Source: Nostoc sp. DedSLP01
GTDB lineage: Bacteria > Cyanobacteriota > Cyanobacteriia > Cyanobacteriales > Nostocaceae
Direction: 5' to 3'
Assembly: GCA_034530875.2 (NCBI GenBank)
Contig: JAVRCJ020000026.1
Location: 42,672 to 106,671, forward strand
Length of the DNA stretch: 64,000 nt
In this document: one piece after another, positions 39,292 through 50,495 of the stretch
Numbering within the stretch: the stretch's first letter is position 1
Layout: the number at the start of each line of letters is the position of its first letter
The notes under the pieces: generated by a model
What the model saw: only the letters and a program-made list of their open reading frames with translations
The model's database searches: none
Told to the model about the DNA's origin: nothing
Program-made: the position numbers and the translations under genes

Positions 39292-39489
39292 TTAGGAATG
39301 GTGAAACAAAGTCTCCAGATACACTCTGGCAGCACGACGATCGCTTTCTCCATTTTGGAGTAAAAACAATGATAGCGCCGCCGTTAATACTCTGTTCTCA
39401 TCCCAATCAGGATGAGTTTCTAAGTAATTTTTTAGGGATTCGTGAAGTGATTCGGGAATTTCGGTAAAAATGCTAACCGTTGCTTTCAT
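39292..39489 (-). CDS. DUF2811 family protein
   Basis: EIPESLHESL..YLETHPDWD..RV..AALSLFLLQNG. Confidence 0.85.
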   Translation of the reverse strand: MKATVSIFTEIPESLHESLKNYLETHPDWDENRVLTAALSLFLLQNGESDRRAARVYLETLFHHS

Positions 39490-39861
39490 GAGATTTTCCT
39501 CCTATGAGGTCAATCAAGTGGGATAAGTTGCTTGCGGTGATGCAGTTGAGAGCTACTTCACACGATTTTGCCTGCCCGACAACCTACGCCAACAATTCAA
39601 GTAGTTTTACACAGTTGATGTCAACGGTTGAACGGACTATAAACGCCAGCCGCATCATTGTGCGCTAAGAGGGGGTGGGTTTGTCAATGCTGCGAAATGT
39701 TAAAAAAGCTGGTATAAAAAATAAATCCGCACGAAAGAATCGGGCTTTCGTAACGATTTTTGTTACTTTACTTTACAAAAACTCAGTCCCCTAAGTGGCT
39801 GGCAACTGTTAATTCACAATCCCCAGTTGATAGTCAGAAGCCCATTCGCTCGTAGGACACC

Positions 39862-39914
39862 TGTGGAAAACTGCTAAAATCCCTGTGGAAACCCTGTGGA
39901 ATAAGTGAGGAAAA
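39862..39914 (-). promoter_or_regulatory. Cluster of DnaA-box-like 9-mers
   Basis: TGTGGAAAA (39862), TGTGGAAAC (39884), TGTGGAATA (39895) and TGAGGAAAA (39906). The reverse complement of the first is the cyanobacterial box TTTTCCACA. Confidence 0.6.
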
Positions 39915-39954
39915 TTGCAGCCAATGATAAGAATTACAAAAATGTCAATAAATC

Positions 39955-41247
39955 ATGACATTTAAGCTGATGAAATTAGCTTCTCAATCGCAGTTAGTCT
40001 CCTGGTTGCCCTCGATACATCCCCAGGTATGGGTTTTGGCTGTTGGTCGATTTCTTTCAGAAATTGGTACCGGCTTTACGCTGTTTTACGCCCCGATTTT
40101 TTTTGTCAACGAAGTTGGTTTATCTGCAACTGCTGTAGGTGTAGCCTTGGCTAGTGCTTCGATTTCCGGCATTGTAGGGCGGATTGTAGGCGGTTCTTTA
40201 GCCGACTCTGGGAATTGGGGACGCCGCCGCACTTTGTTACTGGCCACGGCGATTTCAGCTATTGCCTCTTTAGTTTTTGCAGCAACCAATAATTTTACGA
40301 TTTTAGTAATTGGTAGCTTGATTAACGGCTTAGGGATAGGTTTCTATTGGCCGGCAGTTGAAGCTGTGATTGCTGACGCCAGCGTGGTTGAAAATCGCCG
40401 CGAAACTTTTGCGATCGCCCGATTAGCAGATAATCTGGGGTTAGCGATCGGCATTACGATCGCAGGGTTTTCGATCGCAGTAATTGGCAGTTATCGTTGG
40501 CTATTTATTGTTGATGCCATCTCTTATTTAGTGTTTTTTAGTGTTGTGTATGTGGGAATCGCTGAAACCAACGCGCAGCAAATCCAGGATGACAAAAGAC
40601 AATATTTTGCTTCTTGGATAGCAGTATTCAAAGATAGCCGTTTTGTGGTTTACATTACAGTTAATATCTTCTTTACAATTTACATTTCCCAAATACACAG
40701 TATTTTGCCGCTTTACTTCAAAAACTTTGTCATTGAAAGTGCTGACAAAGGATTTGCTGAAACTATTATTAGCAGAATATTTGCTTGGCATCTGATGGTA
40801 GCTATTATCTGTCAGTTGCCTGTAACCAGTGCTTTAAAACGTTGCTCTCACACACTTGCACTTACTGTTTCCGCAATTTTTTGGGCAATTGGTTTTAGCC
40901 TGATTTGGGTAAGCGGTACTGCTCCATCTGGTAATTTGATTTGGGCAACATTGGCATTGGGAGTATTTGCTATGGCAAATGTTGCTTATACTCCAGTTGC
41001 CGCCTCTTTAGTTACTGAGTTAGCCCCAGAAAATCAAAGGGGTGTTTATTTTTCCATCAATGCTTTGTGCTGGGCTGTTGGTTCTTTTATTGGTCATCCT
41101 TTGGGTGGATGGGCATTAGACCAACAGCGAATAATTACCGATCGCTTTTGGTTAGGCTTTTCTTTGAGTGTGGCGATCGCTGTAGCAATTTTACAGTACT
41201 TAAATCGCATTTTGGTTGATTCCCAGCCTGAATTCGATCGGGATTAA
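39955..41247 (+). CDS. MFS transporter
   Basis: About 12 TM segments, motif A GSLADSGNWGRRR and APENQRGVY. Confidence 0.92.
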   Translation: MTFKLMKLASQSQLVSWLPSIHPQVWVLAVGRFLSEIGTGFTLFYAPIFFVNEVGLSATAVGVALASASISGIVGRIVGGSLADSGNWGRRRTLLLATAISAIASLVFAATNNFTILVIGSLINGLGIGFYWPAVEAVIADASVVENRRETFAIARLADNLGLAIGITIAGFSIAVIGSYRWLFIVDAISYLVFFSVVYVGIAETNAQQIQDDKRQYFASWIAVFKDSRFVVYITVNIFFTIYISQIHSILPLYFKNFVIESADKGFAETIISRIFAWHLMVAIICQLPVTSALKRCSHTLALTVSAIFWAIGFSLIWVSGTAPSGNLIWATLALGVFAMANVAYTPVAASLVTELAPENQRGVYFSINALCWAVGSFIGHPLGGWALDQQRIITDRFWLGFSLSVAIAVAILQYLNRILVDSQPEFDRD

Positions 41248-41263
41248 AATACTATTTTTTCTG

Positions 41264-41914
41264 CTATCGCCGACGTTCTTGGAGCTTCCGATATACAGAT
41301 TTTAAATCAACTTGATGATGAGCTAGAGCAACCAAAGTATGATATAGCAAATCGGCAACTTCACCAGCGATCGCGTCTGGTTCGTCATCCTTAAAAGCCA
41401 TTACTACTTCAGCACTTTCCTCACCGATTTTTTTCAAAATTTTATTGTCACCACCTGCAAATAACTTGCAGGTATAAGAACTTTCAGTAGGATTATCGCG
41501 GCGATCGCATATTACTTGAAATAATTGTGACAAAGTATCTCCTGGTGGAGGAATTATTTTGCCTTCTATTTGGTGAAAGCAACTCCGTTCTCCTGTATGG
41601 CAAGCAATATCTCCTACTTGCTCTACCCCAATGAGCAACGCATCACTATCACAGTCATAACGGATACTGTGCACTTTTTGAATATGTCCAGAAGTCGCTC
41701 CCTTGTGCCAGAATTCTTGGCGAGAACGACTCCAAAACCAGGTTTCTCGTGTTTCTAAAGTCTTTTTTAACGACTCCTGATTCATCCACGCCATCATCAG
41801 GACAGTGCCATCAAGATAATCTTGGACAATTGCAGGCACTAGACCCCGTTCATCGTAGCGAATTTCCTCAACAGGAATGGCGTCATGCAGCAAATGCGAA
41901 TCGTTAGAATACAT
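41264..41914 (-). CDS. hisIE: Bifunctional phosphoribosyl-AMP cyclohydrolase / phosphoribosyl-ATP diphosphatase
   Basis: [36 protein letters not shown] and EVADLLYH. Confidence 0.97.
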   Translation of the reverse strand: MYSNDSHLLHDAIPVEEIRYDERGLVPAIVQDYLDGTVLMMAWMNQESLKKTLETRETWFWSRSRQEFWHKGATSGHIQKVHSIRYDCDSDALLIGVEQVGDIACHTGERSCFHQIEGKIIPPPGDTLSQLFQVICDRRDNPTESSYTCKLFAGGDNKILKKIGEESAEVVMAFKDDEPDAIAGEVADLLYHTLVALAHHQVDLKSVYRKLQERRR

Positions 41915-42100
41915 ACCAGCTAGTTTGCTCTAATGAGAATGATTCATTGATTCACGATACCATTCTAAATACAGCAACTGGCATGTTTTTTTTGAATTCA
42001 ACTATCTTCATCTAACTTGAAAAAGGGAGTAGGGAGTAGGGAGTGGGGAGTAGGGAATATTCCTTTTTCATGTTTGGTTGTAGGATTTTCTCGTGAGCGA

Positions 42101-42295
42101 CTAGCTTGGAACAACAGCATTTCGTTCCATCGCAGAATGCATCTTCACAGCACTCAATGCTACTTGGTGGGCTTTTGAAGGTTCACCATACCAATGAATT
42201 GCGGAGTTAAAAGCTGCTCGGTAAAGATCCTGATATGCCTCAGATAAGCGACTCCGAATATCTAAAGGCAAGTCTTCATTCGACTTATATAACAT
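42101..42295 (-). CDS. ChaB family protein
   Basis: Y.SNEDLP..IR..L....QDLYRAAFNSA...AH.VA.SAVK. Confidence 0.85.
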   Translation of the reverse strand: MLYKSNEDLPLDIRSRLSEAYQDLYRAAFNSAIHWYGEPSKAHQVALSAVKMHSAMERNAVVPS

Positions 42296-42401
42296 ATTGT
42301 TATTTTCTTGGTTCTGGTAATTTTATACGATAGAAATTCTAAGCAGCTTTTGACCCTATCCTAAGATAGAGCTTTTTATTGCCAACTGTTAGGAGAGAAC
42401 C

Positions 42402-43700
42402 TTGGTAAATACCCCAATTAAAACAACAAAATCACAAGAAATCTTTGCCGCTGCTCAAAACCTGATGCCAGGAGGAGTTAGTTCTCCAGTTCGTGCTTTT
42501 AAATCTGTAGGCGGACAACCCATTGTTTTCGATCGCGTTAAAAACGCGTACATTTGGGATGTAGATGGCAACAAATACATAGATTATGTAGGCACTTGGG
42601 GCCCGGCTATTTGCGGTCATGCTCATCCGGAAGTTACCGCAGCCTTACGTGAAGCCCTGGACAAAGGTACTAGTTTTGGTGCCCCTTCAGTACTAGAAAA
42701 TGTCTTGGCAGAAATGGTCATCGATGCCGTTCCCAGCATCGAAATGGTAAGATTTGTCAACTCTGGAACTGAAGCCTGCATGGGAGTTTTGCGGGTGATG
42801 CGGGCTTTTACCAACCGAGACAAAATTATCAAGTTTGAAGGCTGCTACCACGGACACGCCGATACATTTTTAGTGAAAGCAGGTTCTGGTGTGGCCACAC
42901 TTGGCTTACCAGACTCCCCAGGTGTGCCTAAATCGGCAACTAGCGGCACTCTCACAGCACCTTACAATGACCTAGAAGCCGTCAAAGCCTTGTTTGAAGA
43001 AAACAAAGATGAAATTGCTGGTGTGATTCTTGAGCCAGTAGTCGGCAATGCTGGATTTATTCCCCCTGATGCTGGTTTTCTCGAAGGCTTGCGGGAACTT
43101 ACACACGAGTATGGAGCTTTGTTGGTATTTGATGAAGTGATGACGGGCTTCCGCATTGCTTACGGTGGCGCTCAAGAAAAGTTTGGCATCACTCCCGATT
43201 TAACAACCTTAGGCAAGGTAATTGGCGGTGGTTTACCAGTAGGAGCTTATGGCGGTCGTCGCGATATCATGTCATTGGTTGCCCCTGCTGGCCCCGTATA
43301 TCAAGCCGGGACTCTTTCAGGTAATCCCCTAGCGATGACTGCTGGGATTAAGACATTAGAATTGCTGCAAAAGCCCGGTACTTACGAATATCTTGACCGA
43401 ATTACTAAGAAGCTAGCAGATGGTTTGCTACAAGTAGCTAAAGAAACTGGCCATGCGGCTTGTGGCGGCCAAATCAGTGCTATGTTCGGTCTATTCTTTA
43501 CATCTGGCCCAGTTCACAACTACGAAGATGCGAAAAAGGCGGATACAGCAAAATTCGGTCGCTTCCATCGCGGTATGCTAGAACGCGGTATTTACTTAGC
43601 ACCTTCTCAATTTGAAGCTGGGTTTACATCTTTGGCTCACACCGAAGAAGATATCGACCAAACTTTAGCAGCTGCACGGGATGTATTGTCTAATTTGTGA
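42402..43700 (+). CDS. hemL: Glutamate-1-semialdehyde 2,1-aminomutase
   Basis: [36 protein letters not shown] and [10 protein letters not shown]. Confidence 0.98.
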   Translation: MVNTPIKTTKSQEIFAAAQNLMPGGVSSPVRAFKSVGGQPIVFDRVKNAYIWDVDGNKYIDYVGTWGPAICGHAHPEVTAALREALDKGTSFGAPSVLENVLAEMVIDAVPSIEMVRFVNSGTEACMGVLRVMRAFTNRDKIIKFEGCYHGHADTFLVKAGSGVATLGLPDSPGVPKSATSGTLTAPYNDLEAVKALFEENKDEIAGVILEPVVGNAGFIPPDAGFLEGLRELTHEYGALLVFDEVMTGFRIAYGGAQEKFGITPDLTTLGKVIGGGLPVGAYGGRRDIMSLVAPAGPVYQAGTLSGNPLAMTAGIKTLELLQKPGTYEYLDRITKKLADGLLQVAKETGHAACGGQISAMFGLFFTSGPVHNYEDAKKADTAKFGRFHRGMLERGIYLAPSQFEAGFTSLAHTEEDIDQTLAAARDVLSNL

Positions 43701-43999
43701 CAATTAAAAGTGCTAAGCGTTGAACGAAGAAAGCGGCGATCGCATTGCTTGCAGTAAAAGGTCACAAGGAATGGGGAACAGGCAACAGGGGGACGGGCAA
43801 TGCTGCGAGCTTAAAACCTAACACCAACGGCAGCCACTTATAGATAAGGCACTCAAACGGCTCAAGTATGGAAAAGGTAAGAATAAGCAACTGTTCCCTT
43901 GTAGGAGCGATCGCAAACCTCACCATTGCCAGTTGTCTGTTTCTTGTTCCTTCTTTTGAAGGGACTTAAACTCTATTGCTACTCAGCAGTCAAACAAAA

Positions 44000-44048
44000 T
44001 TCAGGGCGCCGACTTGCTCCCCATCGAGGCTTTAGTCGCCGCCCTGAA
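44000..44048. terminator. Long hairpin between convergent hemL and fasciclin genes
   Basis: TTCAGGGCG...CGCCCTGAA with an inner CGACT/AGTCG stem. Confidence 0.5.
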
Positions 44049-44192
44049 CTTCAATAATTTTGCACTACTCAAAAGTCACAAATCGTAAAATGATACAAAT
44101 AAATTTCGTAGCGAAGATTGTTCGCTACGAGAAATATATGTGTATCAGGTTTCCTGCGAAATACTATTACAGGTTTTACTTATACTTAAAAA

Positions 44193-45020
44193 CTACAAAT
44201 CAGGAGGCAAAATTACATTATCAATGGCGTGGATTACACCGTTGCTGGCTGTGATGTCAGCCTGAGTGACTTTAGCATCATTGACAGTTACGCCATTAGC
44301 AGGGTCAACTTTAACGTTGATTGCCCCACCTTCAAGGCTTTTAACTTCACCAGACTTCAAATCAGAAGACAATACCTTACCAGGTACGACATGGTAAGTT
44401 AAGAGCTTGAGCAATACTTCTTTGTTTTCTGGTTTCAACAAATCTCGCACTGCATCTGCTGGCAATTTAGCGAAGGCCGCATCTGTCGGTGCGAAAATAG
44501 TCAAGTTATCTTTGCCTTGCAAAGCTTGAGTCAATCCTGCTGCTTTCAAAGCCTTGGTTAAAGTTGTAAAGGAGCCATTTGATTCTGCTAAGGCTAACAA
44601 ATTTTTGCCTTGAGTTTCGGTTGTATTAGTAGGCGCTCCTTCGCTTCCTGGTGTAGTAGGTTGAGCTTCAGGAGTAGAACTTGGAGTACTTTCACTAGGT
44701 GTAGTACTAGTACCGCGACGGTTGTAGGGAGGCTCATCAAAAATACTTGGTCTGGGATTTAACGGGCCACCACCACTACTCTGAGCTACTTGTTGGCGTT
44801 TGGTATTGCCCTTTTCTACTGCTGAAACAGCCTGAGCCGGTGCGTACTGAGTGTTTGCTTGCAGGCGTTGACCTCGGTTATAGGGGGCTTGGTTGAAAAT
44901 ACTGGGGTTAGGATTTAATACCTCTTTGGCATCAGATGGTAAACTCACCAGAAGGCTGAAACTGCTCAATCCTGCTATACCTGCCAACGTGGTCAGCAAT
45001 TTGCCGTAATTTGTCTTCAT
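44193..45020 (-). CDS. Secreted fasciclin (FAS1) domain protein
   Basis: Signal peptide, two LNP.PSIF...PYNR repeats, TIFAPTDAAF, LTYHVV and NGVIHAIDNVI. Confidence 0.93.
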   Translation of the reverse strand: MKTNYGKLLTTLAGIAGLSSFSLLVSLPSDAKEVLNPNPSIFNQAPYNRGQRLQANTQYAPAQAVSAVEKGNTKRQQVAQSSGGGPLNPRPSIFDEPPYNRRGTSTTPSESTPSSTPEAQPTTPGSEGAPTNTTETQGKNLLALAESNGSFTTLTKALKAAGLTQALQGKDNLTIFAPTDAAFAKLPADAVRDLLKPENKEVLLKLLTYHVVPGKVLSSDLKSGEVKSLEGGAINVKVDPANGVTVNDAKVTQADITASNGVIHAIDNVILPPDL

Positions 45021-45713
45021 AAATTTTGTTTGTTTTTTGTCCAGACGTTACATAAAGATTTATAACATTTTGCTATGCACAAAATCTAACCTCAGAAGGA
45101 AGTAAGTTTTTTTCAGGTAACAGTTCGTGTTAGTGAGGTTAAATGCCCCACTTAGCTTAGACATAAAAAGTATTAAATATATCTGCCATATATTTTATCT
45201 AAATTCAGTAGATATTGTTTTTTACACTCAAAGGAGTTCAAAAGCATGATTAACAGCTTAAAAAACTTTTAAAAAACATGAAAATCTCTCATTTACAAGC
45301 TTTAGCTAACGATTGCATCTCAAGACAGGTTTTAGTAAAAAGTAAATTTACATACAAAATTTTTGCGTAATTTATAGTCTGCTAAGAAATTACGTCACCA
45401 TTAGGTAGCCACTATTCAATAGTCAGAATAGTTAAAAAGTCGAGCAAAAAAATTAGGTATGAAATTATTTATAAATTTTGACTTTGAAATGGTAGTTACT
45501 ACCGTGTGATTTTATAGATCGGAAATTAAATTATTTAATATGTTAATTTTAAATTAAAAAATATTATTTTAGAATGGATAATTTTGCTAAAAATTAAGTA
45601 TCAGTAAAACCCGAACGCCAACAAAATAAGCAGCTCAAAGCAGTAAAATTTACTTTAACTAAAGTTAGAATTGTAAAGTTAATAATCAGTTCAGTAGTTA
45701 TAAGGTATAGATT

Positions 45714-46508
45714 ATGTTGGAATTATACCAGTGGGAGCTATCTCAATACTCGGAAAAAGTCCGCTTGATTCTAGATTTTAAAGGGCTAGATTACCGCAAA
45801 ATAGAAGTTACGCCTGGAATTGGACAGGTAGAACTATTTCGGCTGACTGGTCAAAGAGAAGTCCCTGTATTAAAGGATGGTCAAAAATATATTGTAGATT
45901 CTACGGAAATTGCTAAGTATTTAGACTTAAAGTATCCCGATCGCCCATTAATACCGCAAGATCCGAAAAAACGGGGTTTAACTTTATTAATAGAAGAATG
46001 GGCGGATGAGTCCATCGGCATCAAAGGTCGCAAAGCACTGTTTGCGGCGGTAAGTCAAGATCAAAATTTCCGCAAGTCTTTGTTACCCACCTCAACACCA
46101 GATATATTTAAAAGTCTAGTTGAAGGTGTACCTAGTGACTTGCTAACTCTATTCGGTATCGGAGTAGGTTATAGCCCAGAGGTAATACAGTCAGCGATCG
46201 CATCCTTGAAACAAGACTTGGAAGCCTTAACATTATTATTGGCAGATAGTCCTTATTTAACAGGAGACGAACCGACTTTAGCTGACTTAGCAGTAGCGGG
46301 TTTATCGATATTGCTGAAATTCCCCTCAGGGTCATATTTAGATTTACCAGCATCTATCAGAGGAAAAGGACTGCCAATATTAGCTGAAAATCCTGATTAC
46401 GAACCATTCTTCACTTGGCGCGATCGCCTTTACGCGCAATTTCGCAAACCTTTAATTAGTACCACTCCACCATCAGCAAGTGCGCCAACTTCGATTCAAA
46501 TTGATTAG
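45714..46508 (+). CDS. Glutathione S-transferase family protein
   Basis: SQYSEKVR, VPVL.DG...DSTEI..YL and YL.G..PTLADL. Confidence 0.92.
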   Translation: MLELYQWELSQYSEKVRLILDFKGLDYRKIEVTPGIGQVELFRLTGQREVPVLKDGQKYIVDSTEIAKYLDLKYPDRPLIPQDPKKRGLTLLIEEWADESIGIKGRKALFAAVSQDQNFRKSLLPTSTPDIFKSLVEGVPSDLLTLFGIGVGYSPEVIQSAIASLKQDLEALTLLLADSPYLTGDEPTLADLAVAGLSILLKFPSGSYLDLPASIRGKGLPILAENPDYEPFFTWRDRLYAQFRKPLISTTPPSASAPTSIQID

Positions 46509-46696
46509 GGAATGGTGACTGGTGACTGGGGGCTGGTGACTGGGGATTGAGGAAGATAAAGGGATGGGGAGATGGGGAGACAAATCAATTCAAAATTAAG
46601 AATTCAACCTCCTGCCTCCTACCTCATTGCCCAGTCACCAGTCACCAGTCCCCAGTCCCCAGTCCCCAATGCCCAATGCCCAATGCCCAATGACTA
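46507..46696. repeat. STRR heptamer field (GGTGACT / CCCCAGT / CCCAATG, inverted blocks)
   Basis: Tandem 7-mers in opposite orientations at the two ends of the intergenic region. Confidence 0.9.
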
Positions 46697-48439
46697 ATGA
46701 CTAATGAGATGAATTCGGGACAGCCATTAGGTTCGGTTATTCAAGGTTCTCTGACTGAAGGGTTAGAAGTGCGATTGCATCCTGACATTTCTGTGGAAGA
46801 TATGCGGGTAGGCAAGTTTCTCGTTGTCCAAGGGATGCGATCGCGTTTTTTTTGTATGCTCACAGATGTGGCATTAGGAGCTGCTAATGCCCGAATTATT
46901 GCTAATCCCCCTAGTTGGGAAGACACTTTTTTACGAGATGTTTTAGCGGGAAGCGGTACTTACGGTACTATCAACCTCGCACCGATGTTGATGTTTACTC
47001 CCGAATCTCCAGAATCTTATTCCACCACAAATGGCAAATCGGCAAATCCTTTCTTACCATCGGTGACGGGTTTGGCTTCATTTGTGCCGCAAACCAGTAC
47101 GACGATGGAATTGTTGCCTGTTAAAACAATCCCTAGTCACTTTAGTCAAGTTTACGAAGCCAGCGTTGACGATTTTCGTCGAGTGTTTGGTTGGGAAGAC
47201 GATCCGCAACGGCGCAATTTCTCCATTGGCAAACCTTTGGATATGGATGTGCCTGTTTGTATCGATTTGAATCGCTTCGTAGAACGAAGCAATGGGGTTT
47301 TTGGCAAATCCGGTACTGGTAAATCTTTTTTAACCCGTTTACTTTTAGCTGGGGTCATCCGTAAAAGTGCGGCAGTCAATTTAATTTTTGATATGCACTC
47401 TGAATACGGCTGGGAAGCGGTTGCCGAAGGTAAAAATGTCAATACTGTTAAAGGCTTAAAGCAATTATTTCCCAGTAAAGTCGAAGTTTACACCCTCGAC
47501 CCAGAATCGACAAAGCGCCGGGGTGTACGCGATGCTCAAGAACTTTATCTCAGCTACGAGCAAATTGAAGTTGAAGATATTAAGTTATGCGGTCGAGATT
47601 TAGGACTTTCTGACGCAGCCTTAGACAACGCCAATATCCTGTATAGCGAATTTGGTAAATCCTGGATTGTGCAGTTGCTCAATATGAGTAATGAAGAAAT
47701 CGAGATGTTCTGCGACGAAAAGCGCGGACACAAAGGCTCGATTATGGCATTACAGCGCAAACTCTTGCGGATGGACAGTTTGAAGTATATGCGAGCCGTT
47801 TGCCCGCAAAATTATATTAGTAAACTTGTCCAGTCACTAGAAGCTGGCAAGAATGTTGTGATAGAATTTGGTTCCCAGTCTAATATGCTCTCTTATATGT
47901 TGGTGACCAATATGATCACCAGACGTATCCACGAGCATTACGTTAAAAAGGCTGATAAATTCCTGCAAACTAAAAATCCTAGCGATCGCCCAACGCCTTT
48001 GATGATTACCATTGAAGAAGCGCACCGTTTCCTAGACCCGGCTGTGGTACAAAGTACTATCTTTGGAACTATTGCCCGCGAGTTGCGGAAATACTTTGTC
48101 ACTCTTTTGGTAGTAGATCAACGCCCGTCGGGGATAGATAATGAAGTGATGTCCCAAATTGGGACTCGCATTACCGCTTTGCTGAACGATGAAAAAGACA
48201 TTGACGCGATTTTTACGGGTGTATCTGGTGGCGGCGGATTGCGATCGGTTTTGGCCAAGTTAGACTCTAAGCAACAAGCCTTGATTTTGGGTCATGCCGT
48301 TCCTATGCCAGTGGTGGTGCGTACCCGTCCTTATGATGCAGCTTTCTATGAAGAAATTGGCGAACCCGCTTGGGAAGAAAAAACTGACGCAGAAGTATTC
48401 GCAGCTGCGGAACTCGCGAAAGCTGACTTGGGATTTTAA
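46697..48439 (+). CDS. HerA-like ATPase (HAS barrel + DUF87)
   Basis: Walker A GKSGTGKS, FDMHSEY, Walker B ITIEEAH, IARELRK and DQRP. Confidence 0.88.
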   Translation: MTNEMNSGQPLGSVIQGSLTEGLEVRLHPDISVEDMRVGKFLVVQGMRSRFFCMLTDVALGAANARIIANPPSWEDTFLRDVLAGSGTYGTINLAPMLMFTPESPESYSTTNGKSANPFLPSVTGLASFVPQTSTTMELLPVKTIPSHFSQVYEASVDDFRRVFGWEDDPQRRNFSIGKPLDMDVPVCIDLNRFVERSNGVFGKSGTGKSFLTRLLLAGVIRKSAAVNLIFDMHSEYGWEAVAEGKNVNTVKGLKQLFPSKVEVYTLDPESTKRRGVRDAQELYLSYEQIEVEDIKLCGRDLGLSDAALDNANILYSEFGKSWIVQLLNMSNEEIEMFCDEKRGHKGSIMALQRKLLRMDSLKYMRAVCPQNYISKLVQSLEAGKNVVIEFGSQSNMLSYMLVTNMITRRIHEHYVKKADKFLQTKNPSDRPTPLMITIEEAHRFLDPAVVQSTIFGTIARELRKYFVTLLVVDQRPSGIDNEVMSQIGTRITALLNDEKDIDAIFTGVSGGGGLRSVLAKLDSKQQALILGHAVPMPVVVRTRPYDAAFYEEIGEPAWEEKTDAEVFAAAELAKADLGF

Positions 48440-48870
48440 AGAGTTATCGGGAATTTTGAGTGCTGAGTGAGGAGTTAATAGTTAAGAGTTAGGAGTTAGG
48501 AGTTAAGAATCATTCTCCTTTTCCCCTTCCTCCACCCCATTCGTAACATCCCTCCATCCCCAGAGCAAATTCAGTTCGGTTATCCCGCTAGTTTTTAGCA
48601 ACAGAAGAGGGGTTTTTGGCGTCACTATAGATGTAGTAAGTAATTTCAAGGAAGTTTAAAATTTTTTTCCTAAAGGAACAATTTTAATTTATAATTACAA
48701 GCTTTATCTTAAGATACTTTACTATTCGCCGGATTTATCGTATTATAAAGCTAAGTAAAACTCATATCGACTTCGGATTTTTCAGTTACAGCCAGTGACT
48801 GCCGAAGAGAAGAATTCTCAAAAACAACCAGAGTGCTTATAAAAGATTGAAAAATTTAGGGAAGGTAGGG

Positions 48871-48896
48871 GGAACCTATCTTAGGGGCTTAGCGTC
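48871..48896 (+). promoter_or_regulatory. Putative ECF-sigma-type promoter (GGAAC-N17-CGTC)
   Basis: Matches the general ECF consensus, about 135 bp upstream of the sigma factor gene. Confidence 0.4.
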
Positions 48897-49029
48897 TGAA
48901 CAACGGCTTTATCAATTGAGTAACTGCTTTTGGTAGCTTCTAGGTTTCCGTGATATATCTACTACCTTCATCAAATAACTTTAGTAAGAAAAAATACATT
49001 TTGTTTACGGAGTAGAGGACAACGCACCA

Positions 49030-50013
49030 ATGCCTACTGTCAATACCCAAACGGAAAACTTGAACACCAAATTCACGGCTGATATGGTGCGAACCTATCT
49101 GCGAGAAATTGGTCGCGTACCACTGCTAACCCGCGAACAAGAGATTGTCTTTGGGAAGCAGGTGCAACAAATGATGACGCTAATCGACGCCAAGGAAGCT
49201 TTGGCGAAGAAACTGCGTCGGGAACCGAGTTTACCAGAGTGGGCTGACCACGTTCGCCAATCAGAAACAGAGGTGAAACAAACGGTAGCCCAAGGTAAGC
49301 GGGCCAAGCAAAAAATGATTGAAGCGAATTTGCGCTTGGTGGTTGCGATCGCGAAGAAGTACCAAAAGCGTAACATGGAGTTTCTGGATTTGATCCAGGA
49401 AGGAACGCTGGGACTAGAACGGGGTGTAGAGAAATTTGACCCGACGAGGGGCTATAAGTTCTCAACCTACGCCTACTGGTGGATTCGCCAAGCGATTACC
49501 CGGGCGATCGCTCAACAAGGTCGTACTATTCGCTTACCGATTCACATTACCGAAAAACTCAACAAAATCAAAAAAGTACAGCGCGAGTTGGCGCAAACCT
49601 TAGGGCGATCGCCTACTCCAGCTGAAATTGCCAAAGAACTGGAATTAGAACCTGCTCAGATCCGCGAGTACCTGAATATGGCGCGTCAACCAGTGTCTTT
49701 GGACGTAAGAGTTGGCGATAATCAAGATACTGAGTTGCAAGAAATGCTCGAAGATGACGGGCCGTCACCAGAGTATTACACCAACCAAGAGTTCTTACGC
49801 CAAGACTTGAACAACTTGCTAGCCGAACTAACTCCCCAACAGCGCGAAGTTTTAGCCTTACGCTTTGGTTTAGAGGATGGTAACGAAATGTCATTGGCGA
49901 AAGTAGGCGAGAGATTAAATCTCAGCCGCGAACGCGTCCGTCAGTTAGAGCATCAAGCTTTAGCTCATCTGCGCCGCCGTCGTGCCAATGTCAAAGAATA
50001 CATCGCTAGCTAA
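49030..50013 (+). CDS. sigB: Group 2 sigma-70 factor (SigB clade)
   Basis: [44 protein letters not shown] and SRERVRQ, with no region 1.1. Exact paralog name is uncertain. Confidence 0.85.
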   Translation: MPTVNTQTENLNTKFTADMVRTYLREIGRVPLLTREQEIVFGKQVQQMMTLIDAKEALAKKLRREPSLPEWADHVRQSETEVKQTVAQGKRAKQKMIEANLRLVVAIAKKYQKRNMEFLDLIQEGTLGLERGVEKFDPTRGYKFSTYAYWWIRQAITRAIAQQGRTIRLPIHITEKLNKIKKVQRELAQTLGRSPTPAEIAKELELEPAQIREYLNMARQPVSLDVRVGDNQDTELQEMLEDDGPSPEYYTNQEFLRQDLNNLLAELTPQQREVLALRFGLEDGNEMSLAKVGERLNLSRERVRQLEHQALAHLRRRRANVKEYIAS

Positions 50014-50058
50014 AACTACAGACGCGAACTCTCGCGTCTTAACACCACCTTGGTGAAA

Positions 50059-50088
50059 TGCCTCCTGAAATCAGGGGGCAATTTTTTT
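50059..50088 (+). terminator. Intrinsic terminator of the sigma factor gene
   Basis: TGCCTCCTGA-aa-TCAGGGGGCA followed by a T-run. Confidence 0.75.
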
Positions 50089-50495
50089 ATGGTGTAGCGG
50101 CGTACAGCTAGCTGTGCGCTGCTAACGCTATTTTAGGAGAGATTTCAAACCTACAATTATCCCAAATCCTACACGATTGATATAGTTCTAGGGAGATAGA
50201 TATGGGAAAAAATATCACTATTTTCTCTGTTAAAAATGTAAAAGGTAAGATGTCAATCTTGAGTGAAAGTGCTGAATCTGTAATTAACTTCACCCAATGG
50301 AATGAATCCCTTGGATGAATCATAAGACTCTAACAGATGGTAATCTAAGATTATTGAATTAAATTAAATAAAAAATTTAGTTTTTGAGACTTTTGTTTTT
50401 CAGACAATAGAAACTAAGCCATTAGCGATCGAAATTTAGTTATGGTTTAAGTAAGTTGGAGAAAACTAAGCTAACTTTGTAACAGGAGAAGTAAG

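Noticed and set aside
39490..39780. Non-coding RNA upstream of DUF2811
   Set aside because: Relatively GC-rich intergenic stretch, but no recognisable family or convincing structure.
39780..39950. Calling this region oriC
   Set aside because: No dnaA or dnaN nearby and only four boxes; reported as a DnaA-box cluster only.
46697..48439. HerA as part of a Sir2-HerA-type defence system
   Set aside because: No nuclease, Sir2 or NurA partner adjacent; the housekeeping neighbourhood fits a stand-alone conserved HerA.
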